The position numbers and the translations under genes were made by a program. A stretch of DNA of 40,227 bases, taken from positions 1-40,227 of IMG/VR virus record IMGVR_UViG_3300042356_000517; one strand, given 5' to 3'. This DNA is from a virus. Its lineage: Duplodnaviria; Caudoviricetes. Position 1 is the stretch's first letter. Each line of letters begins with the position of its first letter. This document shows, piece after piece, positions 20,701-29,225 of this stretch. Below the pieces are notes generated by a model. It ran no database searches and was not told where the DNA came from. It saw nothing but the letters and a program-made list of their open reading frames with translations.

Positions 20701-21498
20701 AGTTGTGCCTAGTGCTGCATCTTGGTTGGATTTGACAAGACGTGCCTGCGCTTGCCGGGCTTCGTCAATTGCGTCTGTGTTCCTATATTGCTCGGCAAGT
20801 TTTGCCGGGTAGAAGTTCTCGATGATCGCTTGATTTGTAGCGGATCCAGCGAGGTTGATCATTGCCCCCATTTCAGAGATCGCTTTCAACGATCCTTCTT
20901 GGAATGCAACTGCTCCAACGCTGTTTCGATTGAACCGCGTCTGCTCTTTTTTTTCTGCTTCTTCGCGCAGCTTCGGGTCGTAGCTCACACCGAGGCGATC
21001 CATCTCGTCGAATTGCTTGATTGGATCGATTGTTGGTACGCTCAATCCCTGTTTGATCATGGTGCCAAGACCGGCTCCTGCGTTCCAGATGTATTCGCCG
21101 ACCTTTCCGAGGGTCTCACCCATTGTGACAGACTCCGATTCATTTACGCGGTTTGCTTGTCTGAGTTGCCACAGCTTCAAGTTCTCGCGGCGAAGCGCGT
21201 CGTCCTCGTCTATGACCAGTGCGGTGCCGAGTTCCGTAGGAGTGCCGTCTCTGTTGAGAAGGCCTTTTGTCATCAATGCCGAAACAAGAGATCCTTTCGG
21301 AGTAATCAATCCATCCTGACCAATCAGGCCGCTGGAAATGGTATCTTCTGGCGATGCAATTGGCTTGATGTTGCCAATTCTACCTAAAACATTCGACCCA
21401 AATTGTTCTTCAGGCACAGTCTGATTAAGGTACACAGACATGGCACTGATGGATGCCTCCGAATCAGCTTTGATTTTCTCTTCTGTTCTATCTGGCAT
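14737..21498 (-). CDS. Giant internal virion / polyvalent protein (2253 aa)
   Basis: Last and largest gene of the ejection cluster. Contains a HEVKH zincin motif, an HDYFGH domain, an ART-like FHST...YEVYL...GYDSVI...VFDPSQIKS domain, and a C-terminal GWY...TIDIW...LQAILWF domain. Confidence 0.85.
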   Translation of the reverse strand: MPDRTEEKIKADSEASISAMSVYLNQTVPEEQFGSNVLGRIGNIKPIASPEDTISSGLIGQDGLITPKGSLVSALMTKGLLNRDGTPTELGTALVIDEDDALRRENLKLWQLRQANRVNESESVTMGETLGKVGEYIWNAGAGLGTMIKQGLSVPTIDPIKQFDEMDRLGVSYDPKLREEAEKKEQTRFNRNSVGAVAFQEGSLKAISEMGAMINLAGSATNQAIIENFYPAKLAEQYRNTDAIDEARQAQARLVKSNQDAALGTTLDAVVQSADYLANLAQKPSTMPIGTFEGQQTPVKLYADEMARAKAEMPKAEFDKLVKQTTAAGEVFQDPAEMMQLGTVAKLAFRPVTSRAILNADRIIAQSMQRGADIAGLAAEKADIDNALGIVQNTTDLSKKLADDLRARYDVTGDQSLLRRATVADEIFNRGTAKIQQFTGDGVRITDNIANLAAESEKLSTKIPLAAAQTFEAAAKAGRELKAVPFKTFAAIVEPVGRGLINLDDGLNAASKKFGIEGAYNLLTSKVGQTIGYGAAAGLGPVPAVIGAAGTILNSGPFLQRLADTSRILGTEMAKSQSQIPFFQRVANYSNLSPAHRALATLADTATMGGFLPDIARRAVRGTALSFPADFVGQYMSDGGQVNENTFKQAFAESLLLGGSSAALGGIFAGTKKRHRDLSVGDEINFRNEITSPDQKRIFSQAPSPLRRAIGTFSAVFPSMNVQLTESGGGFHDDNTIGIDVNSSNPLKYLLAHEVKHLLVHRNQMHNGIVAMMLGDGETGGLMRAPDGTLNPEFEAFAKEYNSRQISAGRQPVSLGKIAEEFFVEAGVEDMAGMAESGALGAMASRTEARRMIGNLFNAALDKSTVLKDFHLKIGGLMDQGGKLVQGNGLLDPGITQTREMRNLTKNMLSRAAGRSVGQFEPLGVANVGNKNEGPGINLPINPDDKAMIEKIGPVEFEMETVNGVRQVARDSAGNPIPVDFNTQLMRSRTGSLIQEAIGNRPSTYQAEPGEMHLNDEGIWEGYLPPDLFEFIKRKGSLNQEQIRIIDNVNKMIKNFKGDAAMVINHPATSRNKKGKLNYKTLKATLRQVVPISWNITKDGNLTLGLMSVTQLKSNVDSRIASKMGQKLYQGNRAKLMIDVGRVMELHNKGQRTDAYFDTEYGAAKSQQYKNFVNSVFGLMSKKQGEANPIFSEENLRGNGVYKTYRADRISQATKLTGDKYPFQYDFVVQNMMPNGMPTLDEQGRPVAQNLLPEPTAEKEVASPENQGREGQATNGTEQANLQTQPGSTSTGGPTPEGAGLREQGGLPRSPEQFQSSDRPGDTGIPLEGLPATVTIKGLGKVTFGPSETSRQVAADYAKSVGIDYNPPRQYAKVDKERAKRIADEYEKMAHAPNDPKVKASYDAMIKETLAQWEAIKKTGLKVEAIPAGTPDPYAASPRLALLDVKDNNHLWFFPTENGFGGSESAEIDISGNPLMAPTGETLNGHKMLANDVFRIVHDYFGHIKEGLGFRADGEENAWRSHSAMYSDLARPAMTAETRGQNSWVNFGPFGEFNQTAGGAETQYAPQKTGLLPDWVMREGASDVNRLPEKIDADYMKAVKDGDVKTQQKLVDEAANAAGYVTGKAFHSTKNPRQITQFVTTARDSLGAHFGLTRRQAIGPMGRNRKVGNGVSLYEVYLNAKKPIRLEDRGTWSSDRVVPQINDQLKSSLPVTSSRSEIVSFLRKNGYDSVIYENRFEGKEGDEAIIVFDPSQIKSANPITRDSSGNVIPISNRFDLKSENINRLPEPVKKAKKEKERQVIGPDRVIDKGDADTLDVIQAVGAKTNQPSWKDDKPVPVSYGYDLAKAPHINKFAGKVEDASTDFLDTIPYDLNNAERKRVEDLIKNGVVDHFANDMVEKTRIVLKDPAIAAGKGWYSRMRGKLLNALKEDGRELFSQLLGATSAQTPVDENFQQSVDAYEGIKTGRYNRHRKGYLKAISAENKGTLDAEITKTRSIKNIQGILDDLNAALPSATVKADRIAIYAEIKSLTELIETPVDERTGAQRIKIYVVGNDLLPRRSNGAKFNANSGAVLKVIAGVWLDNRESPKTPNFAGNLSGRTVQATIDIWAARFLRRQIYGGEGVPWRIQPKSEVGVSKEDFAFSQVVMQRAAKKLGMNPDDLQAILWFAEKDVWDKKGWTKNEGAKKSSFDDIFDIFFPEGKKPLTFAEGSAIIRAKKDQEKAVAAAEKKAIIKAEAAALGISVAALNRIKKAEK
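17496..17675 (-). CDS. Candidate nested out-of-frame gene (59 aa) inside the giant protein gene
   Basis: AAGGA 10 nt upstream of the ATG; protein-like amphipathic sequence where the main frame is a low-complexity linker. Confidence 0.45.
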   Translation of the reverse strand: MELNKQTYKLNPAAQALADQRPKEQDFENKEDFLEALSSFNHRIVPAIRASLSRDSQQP

Positions 21499-21508
21499 TT
21501 TGTTGTTT

Positions 21509-22735
21509 TTACAGACCTAGTTGAGCGTTAAATTTTTTCGTTGCTTCTATTGCGTCCTGCTTTTCCTTTTCCTGCTTTTTAACTGCGTCTTCCTCTTCTG
21601 AAGTCAATTTTTTACTTGTTGACGACGGTGCCCAATTTGGAATCATTTGTTTTTTTACATCATCAGGAAGCGCATTGAATGCTCTCTCGTCGGCTAAGAT
21701 GAATGGCACTTCGTTGTTGCGGACTGCTTTTACTTGATCTGGTGCTGTCAAAGCAGGATCGACTCCAAGACGAGTCAATGTGTACTCTGCGTCTTTGATG
21801 ACGCGATTTAGTGCTTCTTTTGCTGCATTTGGCCCAAGTTTTTCACCGAGCTCGCTGATGGATGCTTGAAGTGCAGACGATTCTTTTTCTGCCATTCCTG
21901 CTGCCGTTCCTGCCTTTTCTTTGATGTCCTGCATTGCCTTTGCAAGGTCACCGCCTTTTAGCTTGGCTAGTTTTGCTTCAAACTCTCCTTGGTCGGTACT
22001 GCCAAATGAAGATTGGAGAAAATTCGTTGTTGGACTATCACCGAACTCTGCCATGTATTCTGGATTGTCTCTAATCTCTTGGGCTGTCTGCAATCGACTG
22101 AAGACCTCGCGTGCCATCTGCTTTGATGCGTCACGTTGTTTTCCTTCCTCTATCAAACGAAGATTTGTCGAAGGATCTTTCAGACTTTCTGGTTCCAGCA
22201 TTTTAGATGCAAAACCAATGTTCTTCGACATTTCGTATTCTTGGCGTTGATACGGTTTTAGCTCACTGTATGATTTATTCGCCTCTTGTGACAATTTCAT
22301 GTAGGTGTCATTCTTGAGCTTGATTGCATCGGCAATTGGCTTGCTCATCTCAGACAGTAATGTTGACGCTTGTTCTGGATTTCCTGAATTAATTAATTTT
22401 GATACTTGATCAACTTTTTCTGGATCAATAGGAACGCCTGCAATCTTCGCGCTATCAAAAACAGAATTCATTTTGGTAACAGCAGCATTGATACTGTCTC
22501 CCTTTTGTTTTTGGGATATCTCGGAACGAATAGAATCATCAAAAGATGCATAGTTTGACTTTAATCCATTCAAGTCTTTAGCTTGAAGTGAGCCTTCAAT
22601 CCCGGACATGAACTGATTCAAACGATTTGGATCAACTCCAGATTTGATGGCATCTTCTGCCATCCTGTTGGCATTATTGATCATCGCTTCGATCTGGGAT
22701 CCTTTGGCGGAGTATTTTGATGGATCGATTGACAT
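21509..22735 (-). CDS. Internal virion (ejection) protein
   Basis: 408 aa, helical, A/K/S/Q-rich; directly upstream of the giant protein gene. Confidence 0.65.
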   Translation of the reverse strand: MSIDPSKYSAKGSQIEAMINNANRMAEDAIKSGVDPNRLNQFMSGIEGSLQAKDLNGLKSNYASFDDSIRSEISQKQKGDSINAAVTKMNSVFDSAKIAGVPIDPEKVDQVSKLINSGNPEQASTLLSEMSKPIADAIKLKNDTYMKLSQEANKSYSELKPYQRQEYEMSKNIGFASKMLEPESLKDPSTNLRLIEEGKQRDASKQMAREVFSRLQTAQEIRDNPEYMAEFGDSPTTNFLQSSFGSTDQGEFEAKLAKLKGGDLAKAMQDIKEKAGTAAGMAEKESSALQASISELGEKLGPNAAKEALNRVIKDAEYTLTRLGVDPALTAPDQVKAVRNNEVPFILADERAFNALPDDVKKQMIPNWAPSSTSKKLTSEEEDAVKKQEKEKQDAIEATKKFNAQLGL

Positions 22736-22748
22736 ATTGTTTTACTGC

Positions 22749-23207
22749 TTAGTTTCCTGTACCTGCTGCTTTATTCCAAGCATCAGTTGATGCCGCTCCT
22801 CCTGCTGCTGCTTGCCCGGCACCGCTCATCTGATAGTTCTTGAACTGCTCGTTCATGTTCATCGTCTTCTGCTGCTGGACCATTTGGAATGTATCTTTGA
22901 ATGCATTCATTCGAGAAAGACGCTCAATCAGACTGGCATTCGGATCCATTGCTTCCATGCCTGCTTTATTGAACATATCAGCTTGACTTGGAAATGCTTT
23001 TGCCATTGCATCCATGCTTTTTTTGAATGCATCGGTTTGGCCTTGTGCTTGCTTCATTTGAACATATCCGCTTGCTACATTTGTAGCTGCTCCAGCGATG
23101 TCCTTGCCGAGCTGGGCGGTTGACTGTCCACGAATTGCTCCTGCGTTGGCAAAGCCAGAGTAGTCGTTGGAAAAAAGTGACGGGTCGATTGATGATCCAA
23201 GTAGCAT
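22749..23207 (-). CDS. Small internal virion (ejection) protein
   Basis: 152 aa, A/G/Q/M-rich composition, within the ejection cluster. Confidence 0.6.
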   Translation of the reverse strand: MLLGSSIDPSLFSNDYSGFANAGAIRGQSTAQLGKDIAGAATNVASGYVQMKQAQGQTDAFKKSMDAMAKAFPSQADMFNKAGMEAMDPNASLIERLSRMNAFKDTFQMVQQQKTMNMNEQFKNYQMSGAGQAAAGGAASTDAWNKAAGTGN

Positions 23208-23211
23208 AGTT

Positions 23212-24015
23212 TTAATCCTTTATGTATGAAATTTTTTCTTGAGAAGCCCAAGGAACCATTGACGAGATATTCTCTATCACCATTCCGATTTTCGGGCAAT
23301 GAACATATTTCGGTGACCCTTCGCGGCGATCAACGCACAGAGTACAGGCGTGGACGTAGTCCATGTTGTGACGTTTGTCTTCCTTCTCACCCCACTTGCC
23401 ATTGACCTTCTCATATCGATCCGAGTCGTATGGCAAGTCGTAGAATTCGATGTAGTTCCAAACGTCGTCGTGAGTCCAGTCACGCAGTGGAAACATCATG
23501 TTTGCCATGTTTGGAAGCATTCGCGCTTCGATCCTTGTCCCGGCATCGCCGCCAAGGATTGGATCCGAGTCGCATCCTTTGTGGCCGATCCAGATGCAAT
23601 CGAAATCAGAGATTTGCAAGGCTTCTTGTTTTGGCCGATGCAGGATATCGATCGAACACACCCACGGAAGATCCTCGACCGGATCAATGATGCCTGTAGG
23701 ACATGTAAGCGTTGTAGAATTGATTCGGTACAGGTTTTGTACCTCAAATTCATCGTCTGTTTGCTGGAATGCGCTTTCGGTCGGGTGCCACGAATAGACG
23801 AGCAAACCCCAGTCTTGGATTAACTTGTCGTGAAACTTGTATTTCGACGGTTGCCACGGTTCTCGGAAGAAGATCACCGGGTAGTTGACCCCCATCTCTC
23901 GCATGAGATGCAGGAGCACCATGCTGTCCTTGCCGCCTGACCACGCGACCATGCCTCGGGGGAATGCCTTCACCCCGGCTGCAATCAGTTCTTTTGATTT
24001 TTCGATTTTGCTCAT
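23212..24015 (-). CDS. PAPS-reductase-family / PP-loop adenine nucleotide alpha-hydrolase protein
   Basis: AWSGGKDSMVLLHL PP-loop, PLRDWTHDDVWNYI, C-terminal CTLC...CPK cysteines. Confidence 0.85.
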   Translation of the reverse strand: MSKIEKSKELIAAGVKAFPRGMVAWSGGKDSMVLLHLMREMGVNYPVIFFREPWQPSKYKFHDKLIQDWGLLVYSWHPTESAFQQTDDEFEVQNLYRINSTTLTCPTGIIDPVEDLPWVCSIDILHRPKQEALQISDFDCIWIGHKGCDSDPILGGDAGTRIEARMLPNMANMMFPLRDWTHDDVWNYIEFYDLPYDSDRYEKVNGKWGEKEDKRHNMDYVHACTLCVDRREGSPKYVHCPKIGMVIENISSMVPWASQEKISYIKD

Positions 24016-24845
24016 TAGATGAGAATTGCTCCTGTCACTGCACCGGCTGCGCCGATTGTTGATCCGATCATTCCCATCGTGCCTGCCCGGCTTGTGGCAT
24101 TTGCCTGTGCCTGTGCCGACTGGGCACCGAGGACATCGCGGCGATATGCTGCGGCGAGGTTTGCCCCGGTGTCCGGGTTGATCATCTGCGGAGTCGATTG
24201 ACCAAGCATTCCCATTCCGTATTGGGTAAACTGCTGACCGGCACCATAAGCCTGCGATGGTGCTCCAAGCAGTGCCATCATCGGTGCTTGATACATCGAC
24301 TGACCCATGCCGAACGCCTGTTGGCCTGCCTGTGACGCCTCGGCGCGTCGTGCGCCCAGCATCTGCTCGCGGTTGAGAATCTGCGAAGCAATATCTGCAT
24401 TACCTCCCACGCGGCCTGATGCGGCGGCTGATTCACGCGCCTGCTGCGTTGATTCGCGCATCTGGTCGGGTGCCAATGTTCCTGCCCGGCCATACGCCTG
24501 TGTCGCCGCCTGAGTGGATTGACGCACCATTGCCGCCATCTCTGGCGACATCGTGTCGAGAAATCCTCGGCCTGCTCCCACAAGCCCCGTCATCGATGCA
24601 AGCTCACCCGCCTTCGATGACGTAAGTTGACCCTGTGCCGTCCGGGTCGCTTGGTCTTGGATTGCTTGAAGGCCGGTCGTGTATTGGCCCATGTCGGCCA
24701 GATTCAACTTGCCGAACTCTGGACGATATTGCTGCTCAAGCGAAAGAACACCCGGCAATGCCTGACCGTACCCGGTCACATATTTCGAGATGTCCTGACC
24801 GATATTCGGTTCCTTTGGTTTTGGTACTGATACGCCGCCTCCCAT
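24015..24845 (-). CDS. Internal virion / DNA pilot (ejection) protein
   Basis: Likely start MGGGVSVPKP at 24845; G/A/Q/M-rich with a hydrophobic Gly-rich C-terminus. Confidence 0.7.
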   Translation of the reverse strand: MGGGVSVPKPKEPNIGQDISKYVTGYGQALPGVLSLEQQYRPEFGKLNLADMGQYTTGLQAIQDQATRTAQGQLTSSKAGELASMTGLVGAGRGFLDTMSPEMAAMVRQSTQAATQAYGRAGTLAPDQMRESTQQARESAAASGRVGGNADIASQILNREQMLGARRAEASQAGQQAFGMGQSMYQAPMMALLGAPSQAYGAGQQFTQYGMGMLGQSTPQMINPDTGANLAAAYRRDVLGAQSAQAQANATSRAGTMGMIGSTIGAAGAVTGAILI

Positions 24846-24850
24846 GATTT

Positions 24851-25186
24851 TTAATTGTAAAGGTTTGTGATGAACTTGTCCATCGGATAGACTCTCACTC
24901 TTGGAGAGTTCTTGAATTCTCGCTGGAATGCGATGTACTCGAAGTCGTTTGCGAATGGCTGCAGTGCTTTCCGCATGTCCCCGACGCACATCGTGACGTG
25001 CAGCGTGTCCGAATCTTCCGCTCGTACAGGAAGTCTCGGATTTCCTCGATCAGCGAAAAAACCAAGCCCAAAATAATCGGGGCAGCAAAGAACAATACCG
25101 TGGCAAAGATGCCAGCCAAGTAGATCTTGGAAATTGTATCCATTTGATTCATAAAGATGTGCGGCTATTGCTAGGTGTTTGTTCAA
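24851..25186 (-). CDS. Hypothetical protein, possibly GNAT-like (T7 gp13 position)
   Basis: 111 aa immediately upstream of the first ejection protein; the call is mostly positional. Confidence 0.5.
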   Translation of the reverse strand: MNKHLAIAAHLYESNGYNFQDLLGWHLCHGIVLCCPDYFGLGFFADRGNPRLPVRAEDSDTLHVTMCVGDMRKALQPFANDFEYIAFQREFKNSPRVRVYPMDKFITNLYN

Positions 25187-25190
25187 TGCG

Positions 25191-26321
25191 TTATCTGAAG
25201 AATGTTACGCTGATTTGTGAAAAGTCGGCTGAATTTCCGCTTGTTGAATTTGATGTTGAAACTTGAGCAGTTGTAGCCGTTTGGGATATCGTTGATCCAC
25301 CGCTCACCAGTCCTGCAACCCCCGAGGTTGAGTAATTTGAAAATCCTGCAATTGCGTAGTCGGCATCTGGGAGTGCCACCAAGAAGTTGATGTAGTAATC
25401 GCCAGTTGATGTCGTCGTTAACGGGACGACGCTGTGGACGTTTCCTTTTTGCCTGATCGTCTTCTTCTTGATCGTGACGTTGCCGCTTGTGTTTGCTGCT
25501 GTTGCCAATGTGACGGTAAACGTGTCAGCAGTTGGAACCGTCACTACAAGGTATGAACCATCAGTTGCGGTGCCGGTCGTGAAATCAAGGCATACTCTGT
25601 GACCAGCAATGAAGCCATGCGCAGTGCTTGTCACTGTCAATGTTGTTGAGCTACTGGATGGTGATGTGCCAGTAAAGTAAGTTCCTGCCGCGTCAGAACT
25701 GGTGGTTCCGTTAAAGTTGACCCATGCCCGGGCACCGTAGATCGGTGCTGTGCCGGTCTGCGCTCCAAGCGGAGTCGTACCAAATAGGATGGTTCCATCC
25801 TGCTTGATCGTCAGCTTTGCCGTGCCGTTGATCTTGAAATCAATCTGGCCCCGGGTGTCGGTCGTCGTGTCCGCTGGGTCATACACATTGTCAATCGACA
25901 AAGCCCCGACAGCACCAGATGCTCGAGAGATTCGCGCATCGTAGGTTGTGTTGACCGTAGCGTCACTCGCCCGGAAATCAAGATTCGTTGTACCGGCCTG
26001 CGACGTTGTGCGACCGTAGGCGAGTGTGGTCGTTGAGACCTTTGCGCCGTCGGTCGTCCAGTTGTTGAAGTCAATTCGACCAAGTGAAAATTTTGCTGGT
26101 GTCACATTGGCATCGGCAATTTTCCCTGTCGTGATCTGAGAATCTCCAATGTTGCCGGTGCCGATTGTTTTGACCCTAAGCTGGCCACCCGAGACCTCCA
26201 ACGTGCCGTCGGCAACTGCTCCAGCAACAAAGACCGATTGGTTTAAGATGTTGTTGAGCTTCGTGCTGGTGATTTGCTCGTTTGGAGTGAAATCTAATTG
26301 AGATGTATCGATGACTGCCAT
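25191..26321 (-). CDS. Tail fibre protein
   Basis: T/S/G-rich; ITTGKIADANVTPAK repeat; ARAWVNFNG...TGDYYINF...DADYA motifs. Confidence 0.8.
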   Translation of the reverse strand: MAVIDTSQLDFTPNEQITSTKLNNILNQSVFVAGAVADGTLEVSGGQLRVKTIGTGNIGDSQITTGKIADANVTPAKFSLGRIDFNNWTTDGAKVSTTTLAYGRTTSQAGTTNLDFRASDATVNTTYDARISRASGAVGALSIDNVYDPADTTTDTRGQIDFKINGTAKLTIKQDGTILFGTTPLGAQTGTAPIYGARAWVNFNGTTSSDAAGTYFTGTSPSSSSTTLTVTSTAHGFIAGHRVCLDFTTGTATDGSYLVVTVPTADTFTVTLATAANTSGNVTIKKKTIRQKGNVHSVVPLTTTSTGDYYINFLVALPDADYAIAGFSNYSTSGVAGLVSGGSTISQTATTAQVSTSNSTSGNSADFSQISVTFFR

Positions 26322-26324
26322 GAC

Positions 26325-28793
26325 TTAATTCTGTGAAATGATTTGTCGGTTGGTTAGTGATGCCGATGCGGCAACAGAGATGACCTTTGGAGACCCCGTG
26401 ATGCGGTCGAGGATCACAGTGCCAGTGAAGCCACGAATGCCTCCCAGACGTGCTCTGACGTTCGCCGTGTCGCCGTTCCCGAGCTTTTCCCCGATCAGCG
26501 TCTCGGTCGTGTTGATCAACTCTGCATTGTCGGGGTCTTGGCTGGAGAATGAGATCGAAAGGTCGCACTCGGACTGGGTGTCCAGTGCCTGCATCTGGAT
26601 CTGGGTGTCGCAAAATCGCTTACGATCCATCGACCCGAGATCGTAGCCACGCGAGACCAGTCGTGACTGGATCGCCGGGAGGGAGGGAGTTGATTCCAGC
26701 GGATCCACCGACAGTTCGTCGTTGTCTTGATCACTTGAATCGACTTCGTGTAGGCCACCAGTGGCGGTCACAATGTACAGCGCGTTGCGTGCACCTGACT
26801 TGCCGATGTGGAAATTGAGAATGTTGAATCGGCTGTCGCCGTAGGTGTCGATCGACTCCCACCCCTTGTTGAGGAAATTGTAGATCAGCACCGTGTTGTT
26901 GCCGTATGCCGGGGTGCCGTCGGCTGCGTCGAGTGGCACCGCCAACCAGTAACGGTTGTTGAAGTAGATGCCGACCGAGTGGTCTGCGATACCTTTGTTG
27001 ATCCGATCGATGTACGGCTGGATCGTGATCGATAACGGGGTGTCAATTCCGCGCAGGTTGTATTGTTCGATGAACGTCAGACCATACACGCCATTGTCCG
27101 ACAGGAAGAAGACATTTGGACCTTGGACCACCACGCTTTTTCGAGCCAAGCAGCCGACTTCCGATGTCAGCTCTTTCACGACCGTGTCGGCCAAGGTGCC
27201 CTGCGTCCCGGCAACCAAGTGCAGGCTGTTACGGTTGAGAACCATCAACGCGTCGTCGTAGAACGGTTGCATGGCCACTGTGAAGTCAGCAATCCCGCCG
27301 GTGATGCGGAATTGGTTCATGATCTGGTCGTAGGTGTCGCTGTCGAGCACGTCCGAGGCCATGATCTCGTCGCGGGTGCCTCGGTCGGTGTACGTCGGGA
27401 TAAGCAGTGTGCCGCCTACCTCGTACCAGTATGGCACCCACAAGCGACGCTGGAAATAGGTGCCCCACGGTGGAGCAGGAATGTGCGAAAAACCGCCACC
27501 AATCGACTCAATGTACGAGTATTGGATGTTGTGGCTTGACGAATTCGTCTCAGCCGATGCGTATGTGACGTTGTTGTAATGTGGAGTGGATGCGACGACA
27601 AACACGTCTCCCGCTGAGATCAGATCAAGCCCTGTTGGGGATTCGATGACTTTGAAAATATCACCTATCGTTGATCCGCTCGTTTGCAGTCCGGTCATTG
27701 CATACGCCGTACCAGCAGTAAATGTGCCCCCACTTAATGTTGCTGTGCGTGTCGCTGCGACATAACTATTAACAGCGTAAGTTGTGCCAGCTACTACGAT
27801 TGCAGCCTTGTTTGTTCCATTGGTGTAGAAATTGTCAATTTCTGGGGCGGGTGAACCATCGTCGAAATACGCAGGAAGAATAATTTTTGATGTTCCATCA
27901 ACACCAACGACAGATCCTGACATCAACTGGAAATCTCCTGCTGATGTCAGTTTAATGGTGGCGATTCCATTGGAAAATGTAGTAGCAAGCGTAAAGACGT
28001 ATGGCTGGGAGTACGGACCGCCTGCCATAGGATAAAACCGGTCGCCTGCTTTGCCATTCCACTGCAATGGCCGCTTTCCTTCGCGAAAGATAATCACCTT
28101 GTCGAATGCCTGCAACATATGGCACTCGGCATCGATCGTCGTGTTGGGTGGAAGTGAAATCGTCGTCGATGCAAACGTGTCCAGAGAGATTTTCCGAACG
28201 TCGATGTTAGTGGCGATCAGAATGAACTCAGAATTCTCCGAACCGGGGTCGGAAAATAGGCAGGATCCGAAAATGTCGGAGACCGCGAAGTCGTTGAGCT
28301 GAGAATTGAGGTAAGCATTCGCGGTTGTGGCCAACGCTCCTGTCGTTGCCGACACATAATCGAACGTCAGCGTACTTGCTCCCGTAACCGTCATTAAATA
28401 CGACCCTGCCGGAGGTGCACCGGCAGTAGAAAATGGTGCCGTGGCACCCAAGGTCGTGTCGCCAATCGTTGCGTAGCCAGACCCAGTCAACCCGTGGGCA
28501 ACCGATGTCGTTATTGTGATCAACGAGGTTGTTGTCCGGGTTGCAGTCAGCGTTTTGTTGGCATCAATCACGAAGAATGGCACCGTCAATGGTGCTCCAC
28601 CCGTGGAAATCCCAACAGATTTTGCAATGACAGCCTTCCGCGGCTTCCAGAACCCGTCCATCCGACCGTTGATCGATTCGCGGACCTCGCCGGGTTGCAG
28701 TTGGTTCAGTTGCAGACGCTGATTAACGCCCGTGAACATCCGATCTCCATCAGTGGAGATTGGATCGCTCATGCCTGACCCGAACTGAGACAT
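26325..28793 (-). CDS. Tail nozzle / tail tubular protein B (P22 gp10-like beta-propeller)
   Basis: 822 aa; GCLARKSVV...VFFLSDNGVY...PLSITIQPYIDRIN...FNNRYWLAVP pattern. Confidence 0.8.
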   Translation of the reverse strand: MSQFGSGMSDPISTDGDRMFTGVNQRLQLNQLQPGEVRESINGRMDGFWKPRKAVIAKSVGISTGGAPLTVPFFVIDANKTLTATRTTTSLITITTSVAHGLTGSGYATIGDTTLGATAPFSTAGAPPAGSYLMTVTGASTLTFDYVSATTGALATTANAYLNSQLNDFAVSDIFGSCLFSDPGSENSEFILIATNIDVRKISLDTFASTTISLPPNTTIDAECHMLQAFDKVIIFREGKRPLQWNGKAGDRFYPMAGGPYSQPYVFTLATTFSNGIATIKLTSAGDFQLMSGSVVGVDGTSKIILPAYFDDGSPAPEIDNFYTNGTNKAAIVVAGTTYAVNSYVAATRTATLSGGTFTAGTAYAMTGLQTSGSTIGDIFKVIESPTGLDLISAGDVFVVASTPHYNNVTYASAETNSSSHNIQYSYIESIGGGFSHIPAPPWGTYFQRRLWVPYWYEVGGTLLIPTYTDRGTRDEIMASDVLDSDTYDQIMNQFRITGGIADFTVAMQPFYDDALMVLNRNSLHLVAGTQGTLADTVVKELTSEVGCLARKSVVVQGPNVFFLSDNGVYGLTFIEQYNLRGIDTPLSITIQPYIDRINKGIADHSVGIYFNNRYWLAVPLDAADGTPAYGNNTVLIYNFLNKGWESIDTYGDSRFNILNFHIGKSGARNALYIVTATGGLHEVDSSDQDNDELSVDPLESTPSLPAIQSRLVSRGYDLGSMDRKRFCDTQIQMQALDTQSECDLSISFSSQDPDNAELINTTETLIGEKLGNGDTANVRARLGGIRGFTGTVILDRITGSPKVISVAASASLTNRQIISQN

Positions 28794-28802
28794 CTCGGTA
28801 GG

Positions 28803-29069
28803 TTACGCGGTGTATGCGATCACAACTCCGGTGGTTCCAGACGCAATCGTAAATCCGGTGAACACTCCACCGAGGTCGCGACCGGCAGGAATCGTGATGT
28901 TAATCAGCTTTGTCGAGGCATTCGTCAGATTGCTCGATGCAATCGCTGAAAACGATGTGTCGGCAACAATAGAAAGCCAACGGAAGTTCCCAGTGACGGC
29001 ATTATCTGCCGCCGTGTAAACTTGTCCACCTTGTTGTCCTTGTAGTTGGTAGGAATCTCCTCGAGCCAT
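28803..29069 (-). CDS. Small virion-associated hypothetical protein
   Basis: 88 aa, first gene of the late arm; the transcript appears nearly leaderless. Confidence 0.7.
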   Translation of the reverse strand: MARGDSYQLQGQQGGQVYTAADNAVTGNFRWLSIVADTSFSAIASSNLTNASTKLINITIPAGRDLGGVFTGFTIASGTTGVVIAYTA

Positions 29070-29073
29070 GCCA

Positions 29074-29105
29074 ATGGATTACAACAGATTGACGGCACCG
29101 TCAAT
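29074..29105 (-). promoter_or_regulatory. Putative late promoter with inverted repeat
   Basis: ATTGACGG-TG-CCGTCAAT palindrome containing TTGACG, then TGTAATCCAT. Confidence 0.55.
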
Positions 29106-29146
29106 TGAGGGACTGAGCACACATTGGAACTAAAAGAAAATGATGT

Positions 29147-29201
29147 GCCGCTTTGTCAGACCCGCAGCGGCGGCGGGCAAAAAACAATTCCTCTGACATG
29201 G
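29147..29201 (-). ncRNA. Three-way-junction pseudoknot RNA, copy A
   Basis: CCA-TGTCAG-AGGAATTGTTTTTT-GCCCGC-CGCCGCT-GCGGGT-CTGACA-A-AGCGGC; covaries with copy B. Confidence 0.75.
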
Positions 29202-29225
29202 AACACTTAAACGTACCCAAGAAAA

